Origin: Idiomarina loihiensis L2TR
GTDB lineage: Bacteria; Pseudomonadota; Gammaproteobacteria; Enterobacterales; Alteromonadaceae
Assembly: GCF_000008465.1 (NCBI RefSeq)
Contig: NC_006512.1
Coordinates: 2,160,001-2,192,000, forward strand
Reading direction: 5' to 3'
Length of the DNA: 32,000 bases
The position numbers and the translations under genes are program-made. The notes beneath the pieces were generated by a model. The model saw only the letters and a list, made by a program, of their open reading frames with translations. It was not told the origin of the DNA and made no database searches. Within the stretch, counting starts at the first letter, position 1. The number at the start of each line of letters is the position of its first letter. Positions 22,324 to 28,759 of the stretch are shown in pieces.

Positions 22324-23477
22324 GCAGCGCCTCTTAAGGTTCCGATAGTGCGGTGGATAAGCTCTACCGCACTATCGATATCTGCTTCGGACGTGTAACG
22401 CCCAATACTAAAGCGCAATGAACTCATTGCCAGCTCATGTTCAACGCCTAATGCTCTTAACACATACGAGGGTTCAACACTGGCCGACGTACAGGCCGAG
22501 CCCGATGAGAGCGCAAGATCTTTTAACGCCATTAGCAACAGTTCACCATCAACTCCGGCAAAACTGATGTTAGTAATATGCGGAACCCGTTGCTGGTCAG
22601 AGCCATTCAAAGTTACACCTTCTAACTGGCTAACCCCTTTCCATAGTCGCTGACGCAAGTTTTCAATTCGTGCGGGCTCCAGTTCCAGCTCGTTAAGAGC
22701 CAGTTCCGCCGCTACACCCATACCGACAATTTGGTGAGTTGGTAACGTGCCTGAGCGCATGCCACGCTCATGACCCCCGCCATGCATTTGCGCCAGCAGC
22801 CGAACTCGCGGAGTGCGGCGTACATACAATGCGCCAATACCTTTAGGGCCATACATCTTGTGCGCAGAAAGTGACATTAAATCAACAGGTAACGTGACCA
22901 TATTCATCGGAAGTTTTCCGGCGGCCTGTGCAGCATCAACATGAAATATTGTGCCATTTTCACGGCACAATTGACCTATAGTGGTTATATCCTGAAGCAC
23001 ACCTATTTCGTTATTAACCAGCATTACGCTCACTAACACCGTATCTTCGCGCAAGGCTGAGCGGAACAAATCCATATCCAGCAAGCCGTCTGTTCCGACA
23101 TCCAGATACGTCACTTCAAAGCCTTCTTTTTCCAGCTGCGCACAGGTATCTAAAACCGCTTTGTGCTCGGTTTTAAGTGTAATAACGTGTTTGCCTTTAT
23201 CTGAGTAATACTGAGCTGCGCCTTTTATGGCGAGGTTATCTGACTCAGTCGCACCTGAGGTAAAAACAATTTCGCGCGCGTCGGCATTAATAAGGTCAGC
23301 AACCTGATTCCGGGCAATATCGACAGCTTCTTCTGCCTGCCAGCCGTACTTATGCGAACGCGATGCCGGGTTACCAAACAAGCCATCCTGCGTTAAACAT
23401 CCCATCATTTTTTCTGCTACAACAGGGTCTACCGGCGTGGTTGCAGCATAATCAAAATAAAGAGGTAACTTAGACAC
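22320..23477 (-). CDS. iscS: IscS-type cysteine desulfurase (PLP-dependent), lacking the C-terminal ~20-aa tail of E. coli IscS
   Basis: 385 aa, collinear with E. coli IscS from [16 protein letters not shown] through SSGSACTS (catalytic Cys loop) and SxHK (PLP Lys, [10 protein letters not shown]). Homology ends at ...IGTLR, followed by GAA-stop. GTG start with an AGGAG SD. Confidence 0.9.
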   Translation of the reverse strand: MSKLPLYFDYAATTPVDPVVAEKMMGCLTQDGLFGNPASRSHKYGWQAEEAVDIARNQVADLINADAREIVFTSGATESDNLAIKGAAQYYSDKGKHVITLKTEHKAVLDTCAQLEKEGFEVTYLDVGTDGLLDMDLFRSALREDTVLVSVMLVNNEIGVLQDITTIGQLCRENGTIFHVDAAQAAGKLPMNMVTLPVDLMSLSAHKMYGPKGIGALYVRRTPRVRLLAQMHGGGHERGMRSGTLPTHQIVGMGVAAELALNELELEPARIENLRQRLWKGVSQLEGVTLNGSDQQRVPHITNISFAGVDGELLLMALKDLALSSGSACTSASVEPSYVLRALGVEHELAMSSLRFSIGRYTSEADIDSAVELIHRTIGTLRGAA

Positions 23478-23507
23478 TTGCTTGCTCCTGACAACTTAAA
23501 GGCAATA

Positions 23508-23987
23508 TTATAGGTGAGAGTTTAACTTAATCTCTTCTTCACTGTGGTTATGCAACGCATTCTGCCTATTCAGAACGTCACCGACGTCCTCTTTCTTCAT
23601 CAACTCGGCCAGCGTAATACCGTCGAGAAAGTCGGATATTCTGTCGCTTAACCCTTCCCACAAAGAGTGGGTCAAACAACGTTCGCCGCCCTGACAGTTA
23701 GCTTTACCCTGACAACGTGTTGCATCAATTGACTCGTCTACCGCGTGAATAACGGCACCAACAGAAATATCGTTTGCGGCACAGCCCAGACGATAACCAC
23801 CACCGGGACCTCGCACACTGTCCACCAACCCATGCTTACGTAAGCGCGAAAACAACTGCTCTAAATACGACAGAGATATTCCCTGACGCTCAGAAATATC
23901 CGCTAACGGCACGGGACCATTTGCCGTAAAAAGCGCAACGTCCAGCATAGCTGTTACTGCGTATCGACCTTTTGACGTCAGGCGCAT
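23508..23987 (-). CDS. iscR: Fe-S cluster assembly transcriptional regulator IscR (Rrf2 family)
   Basis: [19 protein letters not shown]... with the cluster ligands C-x5-C-x5-C-x2-H ([16 protein letters not shown]). It lies immediately upstream of iscS. Confidence 0.93.
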   Translation of the reverse strand: MRLTSKGRYAVTAMLDVALFTANGPVPLADISERQGISLSYLEQLFSRLRKHGLVDSVRGPGGGYRLGCAANDISVGAVIHAVDESIDATRCQGKANCQGGERCLTHSLWEGLSDRISDFLDGITLAELMKKEDVGDVLNRQNALHNHSEEEIKLNSHL

Positions 23988-24029
23988 GGTGGTTTCCTCT
24001 GCTGTTTAATTCATCGTTAATGTATTGAG

Positions 24030-24061
24030 ATTCTACATTCCCGACTATTTTAGTCAAGTAT
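24030..24061 (-). promoter_or_regulatory. iscR promoter with an IscR type-1 operator
   Basis: The minus-strand sequence ATACTTGACTAAAATAGTCGGGAAT (24061-24037) matches the type-1 consensus as I recall it (ATASYYGACTRWWWYAGTCRRSTAT) at 24 of 25 positions. It contains the -35 TTGACT (24057-24052), then a 16-nt spacer, then the -10 TAGAAT (24035-24030). Confidence 0.6.
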
Positions 24062-24776
24062 TACCCGTTGATTTGTCCACAGAGGCTAAGATGCCACGTA
24101 AAATATTAATTTCATTTTCTTCCGGGCGGGCTCGGTTAAATAAACGACGCAATTTCGTCATGACTTGTCCGGGGTGCTGAGGAACAATGAACCCAGTCTG
24201 ACCCAGAGTCTTTTCAAGATGCTCATAAAACCGTTCTAAATCTTCAGCGCGCGGGTACTCCGGTAAATTTTCCGGAGCGCGTTGTTTCGATTCAAGCCAC
24301 TGCATGCGTAATTCATAACTCACAGTCTGCACCGCCATAGCCAGATTCAGTGAACTGTAATCGGGGTTAGTTGGTATGTGTAAGTGAAACTGACTTTGCT
24401 GTAGCTCTTCGTTGGTTAATCCACTGTTTTCACGGCCAAATACCAGAGCAACCTGATGCTGGCTGGTCTCCTCCAATACTTTTGCCGCACACTCTCGCGG
24501 GCCTAGCAGCGGCCAGTCTAAAGTTCGATTCCGGGCACTGGTGGCAATAACCAGACCACAGTCGGCAATCGCCTCCTGCAAAGTATCCACAATAGTCGCC
24601 GACGCCAGAATATCGGTTGCGCCAGCGGCCAACGCCGATGCGTGACTGTCAGGCTCCTGCACAGGGTCGACTAAGGTTAGTTTAGACAACCCCATAGTCT
24701 TCATGGCACGGGCGACAGAGCCTATGTTTCCGGTATGAGACGTATTCACCAGAACAATACGAATGTTATCAAGCAT
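24054..24776 (-). CDS. trmJ: tRNA (cytidine/uridine-2'-O-)-methyltransferase TrmJ (SPOUT)
   Basis: [30 protein letters not shown] is almost identical to the E. coli TrmJ N-terminus. I use the ATG at 24776; the track start at 24890 is a 38-codon extension running into the suhB start. Confidence 0.92.
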   Translation of the reverse strand: MLDNIRIVLVNTSHTGNIGSVARAMKTMGLSKLTLVDPVQEPDSHASALAAGATDILASATIVDTLQEAIADCGLVIATSARNRTLDWPLLGPRECAAKVLEETSQHQVALVFGRENSGLTNEELQQSQFHLHIPTNPDYSSLNLAMAVQTVSYELRMQWLESKQRAPENLPEYPRAEDLERFYEHLEKTLGQTGFIVPQHPGQVMTKLRRLFNRARPEENEINILRGILASVDKSTGNT

Positions 24777-24884
24777 GGCGTTTCCCTTGAGTTTTTCTCG
24801 GCTTATGGAAAAGTTTGGCATGATACCGTAACACTGGTATGATCCGCGACCGAAAATTGTTCTTTTACAGCACAGGTAATTGGT

Positions 24885-25661
24885 ATGCATCCGATGTTAA
24901 ATATTGCGGTGCGCGCAGCGCGTGCGGCCGGCAAAATTTTAGTTAAAAATTTCGACCAGGGCAGTCCTGTTGAAGCCGAATCAAAAGGTTTGAACGACTG
25001 GGTTACTGATATGGATAAAGCCGCAGAGCAGGCTATTATCAACACCATCAAAAAGTCTTACCCTGATCACGGCATCATCGCAGAAGAAAGCGGTACTCAG
25101 GCTGGAAAAGAAAACGACTTCCAGTGGGTTATTGATCCGCTAGACGGCACGACCAATTACATGCGCGGTATCCCCCATTTTTGTATCTCTATAGCGTTGC
25201 TTCACAAAGGCTCTGTTCAACAGGCCGTTGTTTATGATCCTATGCGCGAAGAATTATTTACCGCTACCCGCGGCGCCGGTGCGCAGCTAAATGGTCGTCG
25301 TTTACGTATTTCACCTAAAGTGGAATTAAAAGGCGCTATTTTAGCAACGGGTTTCCCGTTCAAAATGAAAAACCGTTTACCGGAATACCTGGAAATGTTC
25401 AGCAAGTTGTTTGAGCACTGTGCCGACGTTCGTCGCGCAGGCGCAGCAGCACTAGATTTAGCTTATGTTGCGGCAGCACGCCACGATGCATTCTGGGAAA
25501 TGGGTCTTAAGCCCTGGGATATGTTGGCTGGCGAATTATTGGTTCGCGAAGCCGGTGGCATAGTCAGTGACTTTCAGGGTGGCCACAACTACATTCAGTC
25601 GGGCAATATAGCAGCCGGTGCGCCAAAAGCATTAAAACAAATGCTGGCACAAATTCGCTAA
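24885..25661 (+). CDS. suhB: Inositol monophosphatase family protein SuhB
   Basis: [16 protein letters not shown] matches the E. coli SuhB N-terminus. IMPase motifs [11 protein letters not shown] and [12 protein letters not shown] are present. Confidence 0.95.
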   Translation: MHPMLNIAVRAARAAGKILVKNFDQGSPVEAESKGLNDWVTDMDKAAEQAIINTIKKSYPDHGIIAEESGTQAGKENDFQWVIDPLDGTTNYMRGIPHFCISIALLHKGSVQQAVVYDPMREELFTATRGAGAQLNGRRLRISPKVELKGAILATGFPFKMKNRLPEYLEMFSKLFEHCADVRRAGAAALDLAYVAAARHDAFWEMGLKPWDMLAGELLVREAGGIVSDFQGGHNYIQSGNIAAGAPKALKQMLAQIR

Positions 25662-25700
25662 GCTCTTTCTAAAAACAAGAGCAGTAAGCCCAAAAGCAAA

Positions 25701-25736
25701 ACGCCGTCTGAGCTAACCCAGACGGCGTTCTTTTTT
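25701..25736. terminator. Rho-independent terminator after suhB (shared with the convergent small gene)
   Basis: ACGCCGTCTG (25701-25710), 8-nt loop, CAGACGGCGT (25719-25728), then TCTTTTTT. Confidence 0.8.
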
Positions 25737-25905
25737 ATAGTTCGATTTCTTCTAAATCGAGTTCAAGCGAGTAATCCATATCAGAGAGTTCTTCCCGCAA
25801 CCGGTACTTCTCTTTTAGTTGTTCTATTTCACGCCATTTACGTTTTGCCGCGCGACCCTTACCAGACTTGTCATTAACCTTTTGCAGTTCTTCTGAATGA
25901 TCCAT
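25735..25905 (-). CDS. Small protein (56 aa), DUF3545-like
   Basis: Not in the ORF track because it is under 60 aa. Hand translation: MDHSEELQKVNDKSGKGRAAKRKWREIEQLKEKYRLREELSDMDYSLELDLEEIEL. There is a GAGGG SD 6 nt upstream of the ATG at 25905. The KRKWREIE core matches my recollection of the DUF3545 family found next to suhB in Vibrio-like genomes. Confidence 0.6.
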   Translation of the reverse strand: MDHSEELQKVNDKSGKGRAAKRKWREIEQLKEKYRLREELSDMDYSLELDLEEIEL

Positions 25906-25971
25906 GTTATGACCCTCTGCTTTTTTGATACAACTTTTTTAATTATGGTATTTAGCGCTGCAGTTAATCTG

Positions 25972-25983
25972 TTTGTTAACAAA
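25972..25983. promoter_or_regulatory. 12-bp perfect palindrome TTTGTTAACAAA, copy 1
   Basis: Exact palindrome about 67 nt upstream of the DUF3545-like ATG. Confidence 0.5.
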
Positions 25984-26041
25984 AAAACCACAACTCATAA
26001 GTACCACACACCAGGCCACATTAAAAGAACTTTGTTACGCT

Positions 26042-26053
26042 TTTGTTAACAAA
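26042..26053. promoter_or_regulatory. 12-bp perfect palindrome TTTGTTAACAAA, copy 2
   Basis: Identical palindrome 70 bp from copy 1, with a half-site TTTGTTAC at 26031-26038. Confidence 0.5.
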
Positions 26054-26074
26054 TGATGGCGAAGGTGTGAAGAA

Positions 26075-26512
26075 TTAGGTGAGCAATTCAACTTGCGGAT
26101 AATGCGTTTTGAAAAATTCGCGGACTGAACCGAGCTGCTGAATGGGGAATAGATGGTCACTCGAGACTTGATAATTAAAAGGGAACTGTAAAATAGCGTA
26201 TTCCTCGTCGTATTCGCCCACCGCTACGCGTTTCAGCTTTTTATTGGGGACTTGTTCCAACCCAACACGTAACTTTTCACCATTAACATCCAACAAAGTC
26301 ATGATATTTTTAACTTTGTTCTGCTCTCGATCTCTGGGGCTAATGAGCGACGCAGAGGCAACGATTACGGCTACGAACAAAACTGCAAATCCCTGGCCGA
26401 TAAAGTGCAAGACCATAAAGTAACTAAGGTAAATGGTTAATAACCAGAGCCAAGCAGGAATGCCTTTGGTTTTCCGGGCCAGCCTCGCCCTAACGGTTTG
26501 TTCTTTATACAT
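26075..26512 (-). CDS. Small 2-TM membrane protein with an ~85-aa soluble C-terminal domain, family not recognised
   Basis: 145 aa. It has a basic N-terminus (RARLARKTKG), two hydrophobic helices (IPAWLWLLTIYLSYFMVLHFI and GFAVLFVAVIVASASLI), then a soluble domain. The ATG at 26512 is 3 nt after the stop of the upstream NERD gene. Confidence 0.7.
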   Translation of the reverse strand: MYKEQTVRARLARKTKGIPAWLWLLTIYLSYFMVLHFIGQGFAVLFVAVIVASASLISPRDREQNKVKNIMTLLDVNGEKLRVGLEQVPNKKLKRVAVGEYDEEYAILQFPFNYQVSSDHLFPIQQLGSVREFFKTHYPQVELLT

Positions 26513-26515
26513 CTT

Positions 26516-27223
26516 TCAGCTCGTCATTTGTTTAAGTTCTATTAATTGTTGAACGACTTTCTCAACATTTGACGGTGCCCGTTTGGGCTGATAATTCAAA
26601 ATATACTCGACCAATCCTTTACGTTCAAGAACGGGAACGCTGGGAGGTGAAGACAGCTTAACCCGTGCGCTGCGGTGTGAGAAAAACACAACGCCGTCTA
26701 TCCATATAGATGCGCGGTTTTTCTTCAAATGCTCTGCCAATACATGTATTTGCTTTTTTAACTGCTTTATTGGATTCCGAACTTTGGCTGTATACCGGCC
26801 ACCTTTGCGGCCCACTTTATGGGCTATCCAATTAGGAGATTGCTCATCTCCCGTTACTTTTGAGTTGTTGTTTTTCACTTCCACAACAAACACACCGTTA
26901 GGGCCCACCACGATTAAATCCAGCTCAGTAAAGCCTCGTTTTGCTCGTGGGTTGGGTACGTCAACCTGGTTAAACAAAATATAGCTATCAGGGAGCTTCT
27001 CTAAAAGCTGCAGTGTTTTTAATTCGCCTCTGGCACCCGAACGCCTAGTAGATGCCGCCCCAATAATACTGAAGAGGTAAATTAGCCCGACAATCCACCA
27101 GAAGTTTGGTAATTTGTACATTAAAAAGCCCGCAATAGGTGCGCCAATAATAGCGACCCATACGCGGGCTTTATTCACTTCTTGCGAAAGACGATTTTTG
27201 GTTATGTACTGCGTGTCGGCCAT
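26516..27223 (-). CDS. Membrane-anchored NERD (nuclease-related) domain protein
   Basis: 235 aa with two N-terminal TM helices (VWVAIIGAPIAGFLMY and FWWIVGLIYLFSIIGAA). The NERD-type signature follows in order: GARGELKTLQLLEKL, ELDLIVVGPNGVFVVEVKN (PD-(D/E)xK-like D..ExK), SPNW, RNPIKQLKKQ. Confidence 0.8.
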   Translation of the reverse strand: MADTQYITKNRLSQEVNKARVWVAIIGAPIAGFLMYKLPNFWWIVGLIYLFSIIGAASTRRSGARGELKTLQLLEKLPDSYILFNQVDVPNPRAKRGFTELDLIVVGPNGVFVVEVKNNNSKVTGDEQSPNWIAHKVGRKGGRYTAKVRNPIKQLKKQIHVLAEHLKKNRASIWIDGVVFFSHRSARVKLSSPPSVPVLERKGLVEYILNYQPKRAPSNVEKVVQQLIELKQMTS

Positions 27224-27261
27224 GACAATTTGACTGCTTTTCCTTGCGAATTAGGGGATAT

Positions 27262-27293
27262 ATTAAACCACCAAAGCCGTCATTCGTCAGCTT
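27262..27293. repeat. 32-bp perfect direct repeat, copy 1 (ATTAAACCACCAAAGCCGTCATTCGTCAGCTT)
   Basis: Identical to 28392-28423. It extends to about 38 bp with 2 mismatches. It ends 6 nt short of the stop codon of the RhuM/Fic gene (27300-27302) and lies 38 nt upstream of the NERD gene ATG. Confidence 0.95.
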
Positions 27294-27299
27294 CAATTC

Positions 27300-28382
27300 T
27301 TAGTTATCGGCAGGCTCCTTAAGGAGAATAAAATGTTCTACCAAACGAATCATCAACTCTTTTTGGTTTGGTAAGCTCTCGGCTACTAATAGTGCCAAAG
27401 CCACTAGCGTGTTGTCGTTAATCAATTTTTCAACGGGCTTAGCTAACAAGTGCTGATTTAATCGCAAATACCACAAAAATAGGAAAGAGCCCGAGCGTTT
27501 ATTACCGTCTGCTAAGGGGTGATTCTTGATAACAAAGTACAACAGATGGGCAGCTCGGCTTGCTATGTTGGGGTAAAACAACTCACCCGCAAAACCTTGC
27601 TCTATTGTAGCCAATGCCGAAGAAAGCCCGTTGCCACGAACCTGTCCGAATAACTCAGTGGCTTCGCCTTTAGTTATAAGTGTTTTTCTAAGCTGTTGAA
27701 TGGCATCGGTTGCGTTATCCGGATCCAGAGCCTGCATACCATTTTGTCTGGTACCTATTTCCGCTAAAACTTGCTCGTCATAACCTTGCAGCAGTGACCA
27801 GGAACGAGCGTACTCACTTATAACCTGAGCAACGGCTTCACCAGCTTCAGATACCAAGCCTTGGTTACTCAGTGTACGACTGAGTAGATTTAGAGCCTGC
27901 TCAAACTCAACGCCCCGCTCTTGCAGCCGACGTTGGTTTAGAGTGTAGCCTTCAACCAGGTGCTCTTTTAATATTCGCGTTGCCCATTGGCGGAACTGTG
28001 TCGCGCGTTTAGAGCTCACGCGGTAGCCCACAGAAATAATGGCATCAAGGTTGTAATGTTTTACGCGACGGCGGACTTGTCGTTTACCTTCTTGCCGAAC
28101 TACCGAGAAATCCTCGGTAGTTGCCATTGCTTCCAATTCACCTTCCCTATAAATATTCTTCAGGTGCAAACCAATGTTATCAGTCGAGGTATTGAATAGT
28201 AATGACATCTGAGTCTGGTTCAGCCAAACCGTATCCTGTTCCAAAGCCACTTCCAGTTGTGCCTGCCCATCCTGACTCTCAAATATCTGAACTTGCTTGT
28301 TGTTCATGCTTCGTTTCTCATCCTTGAGCTTGATGTTTTCACTAAACGTTCCAGCATAGTCAGCATTTCTTCTTTCGGCCAC
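27300..28382 (-). CDS. RhuM-family N-terminal domain fused to a Fic/DOC domain (Doc-type motif)
   Basis: The N-terminus QIFESQDGQAQLEVALEQDTVWLNQTQMSLLF...YNLDAIISVGYRVSSKRATQFRQWATRILKEHLVEGY is RhuM-like. The C-terminus has HPLADGNKR (27521-27495). The start is either the GTG at 28382 or, more likely, the ATG at 28307 (MNNKQVQIFES). Confidence 0.85.
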   Translation of the reverse strand: MAERRNADYAGTFSENIKLKDEKRSMNNKQVQIFESQDGQAQLEVALEQDTVWLNQTQMSLLFNTSTDNIGLHLKNIYREGELEAMATTEDFSVVRQEGKRQVRRRVKHYNLDAIISVGYRVSSKRATQFRQWATRILKEHLVEGYTLNQRRLQERGVEFEQALNLLSRTLSNQGLVSEAGEAVAQVISEYARSWSLLQGYDEQVLAEIGTRQNGMQALDPDNATDAIQQLRKTLITKGEATELFGQVRGNGLSSALATIEQGFAGELFYPNIASRAAHLLYFVIKNHPLADGNKRSGSFLFLWYLRLNQHLLAKPVEKLINDNTLVALALLVAESLPNQKELMIRLVEHFILLKEPADN

Positions 28383-28391
28383 AATGATTTC

Positions 28392-28423
28392 ATTAAACCA
28401 CCAAAGCCGTCATTCGTCAGCTT
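28392..28423. repeat. 32-bp perfect direct repeat, copy 2
   Basis: Identical to 27262-27293. It ends 7 nt short of the stop codon of the 99-aa gene (28431-28433) and lies 9 nt upstream of the GTG at 28382. Confidence 0.95.
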
Positions 28424-28430
28424 TAATCCC

Positions 28431-28730
28431 TTACTGCTTTTGCCTTATTGCCTCAATCAGTTCGTCTTTTGTCATTTCGCTGCGGTTAGCAATATCAAGC
28501 TGTTGCGCCCTATTGTATAACTCATCTTTGGTGCGCTCTTCCAGCCGGGTATTGGGGTTACCTGTCCCCTGAGTAGTGGTGTTATCGGTAAGCCCCTCTT
28601 CGCGTCGCTGCTTATTCACAGTGCGGCTGGCAATTTCCTCTGCTTCATCTTCACTTTTTCCGTCATCCAGCTGAGACTGCTTAATATGCTGATACATACG
28701 CTCGTCTTTGTCGCGCCAAACGTCTGGCAT
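28431..28730 (-). CDS. Small charged protein with a C-terminal Rho_N/SAP-like helix motif
   Basis: 99 aa with a perfect SD AAGGAGG 5 nt upstream of the ATG at 28730. The C-terminus LEERTKDELYNRAQQLDIANRSEMTKDELIEAI resembles the Rho termination factor N-terminal (SAP-like) motif. The N-terminal half is weakly ChaB-like (EEIASRTVNK). Confidence 0.7.
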   Translation of the reverse strand: MPDVWRDKDERMYQHIKQSQLDDGKSEDEAEEIASRTVNKQRREEGLTDNTTTQGTGNPNTRLEERTKDELYNRAQQLDIANRSEMTKDELIEAIRQKQ

Positions 28731-28759
28731 GGTTGCCTCCTTTCTCAGTCAGTCGTTAA

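Noticed and set aside
24777-24890. N-terminal extensions of track ORFs (trmJ to 24890, ispG to 18439, rodZ to 19508, ndk to 21626, msrA from 21757, hslO from 11686, gspJ to 4069)
   Set aside because: Internal starts reproduce the conserved N-termini of the E. coli orthologues and have better SD sequences. The extensions overlap neighbouring genes or promoters.
25930-26034. 34-codon plus-strand ORF (MVFSAAVNLFVNKKTTTHKYHTPGHIKRTLLRFC) in the palindrome-containing spacer
   Set aside because: It has no SD and spans the palindromes, and nothing supports it as coding. A regulatory role for the DNA is more plausible.
25981-26074. Rho-independent terminator downstream of the 145-aa gene (a T-run on the minus strand at 25981-25987)
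   Set aside because: No GC-rich stem precedes the T-run on the minus strand. The only structured elements there are the AT-rich palindromes.
27262-27293. Six-codon mini-ORF (MTALVV) inside each repeat copy as a leader peptide
   Set aside because: There is no SD upstream and no associated attenuator structure. I note it only as a property of the repeat.
27262-28423. Interpreting the 32-bp direct repeats as integron attC sites or as a CRISPR array
   Set aside because: The repeat has no internal inverted-repeat (R''/L''-L'/R') symmetry and no GTTRRRY core, and no intI gene is in the window. There are only two copies, 1.1 kb apart, with a protein-coding 'spacer', so it is not a CRISPR array.
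27231-28450. Possible third repeat element: ACTGCTTTTCCTTG (27233-27246) versus ACTGCTTTTGCCTT (28433-28446)
   Set aside because: Only a 9-bp exact core plus an indel. One copy lies inside the 99-aa coding sequence. This is compatible with chance.
28431-28730. The 99-aa protein as a Phd/YefM-type antitoxin for the Doc-like Fic protein
   Set aside because: The sequence shows no Phd/YefM-like N-terminal beta-alpha fold signature. It resembles Rho_N/ChaB-type small proteins. A functional partnership stays an untested possibility and is not an annotation.
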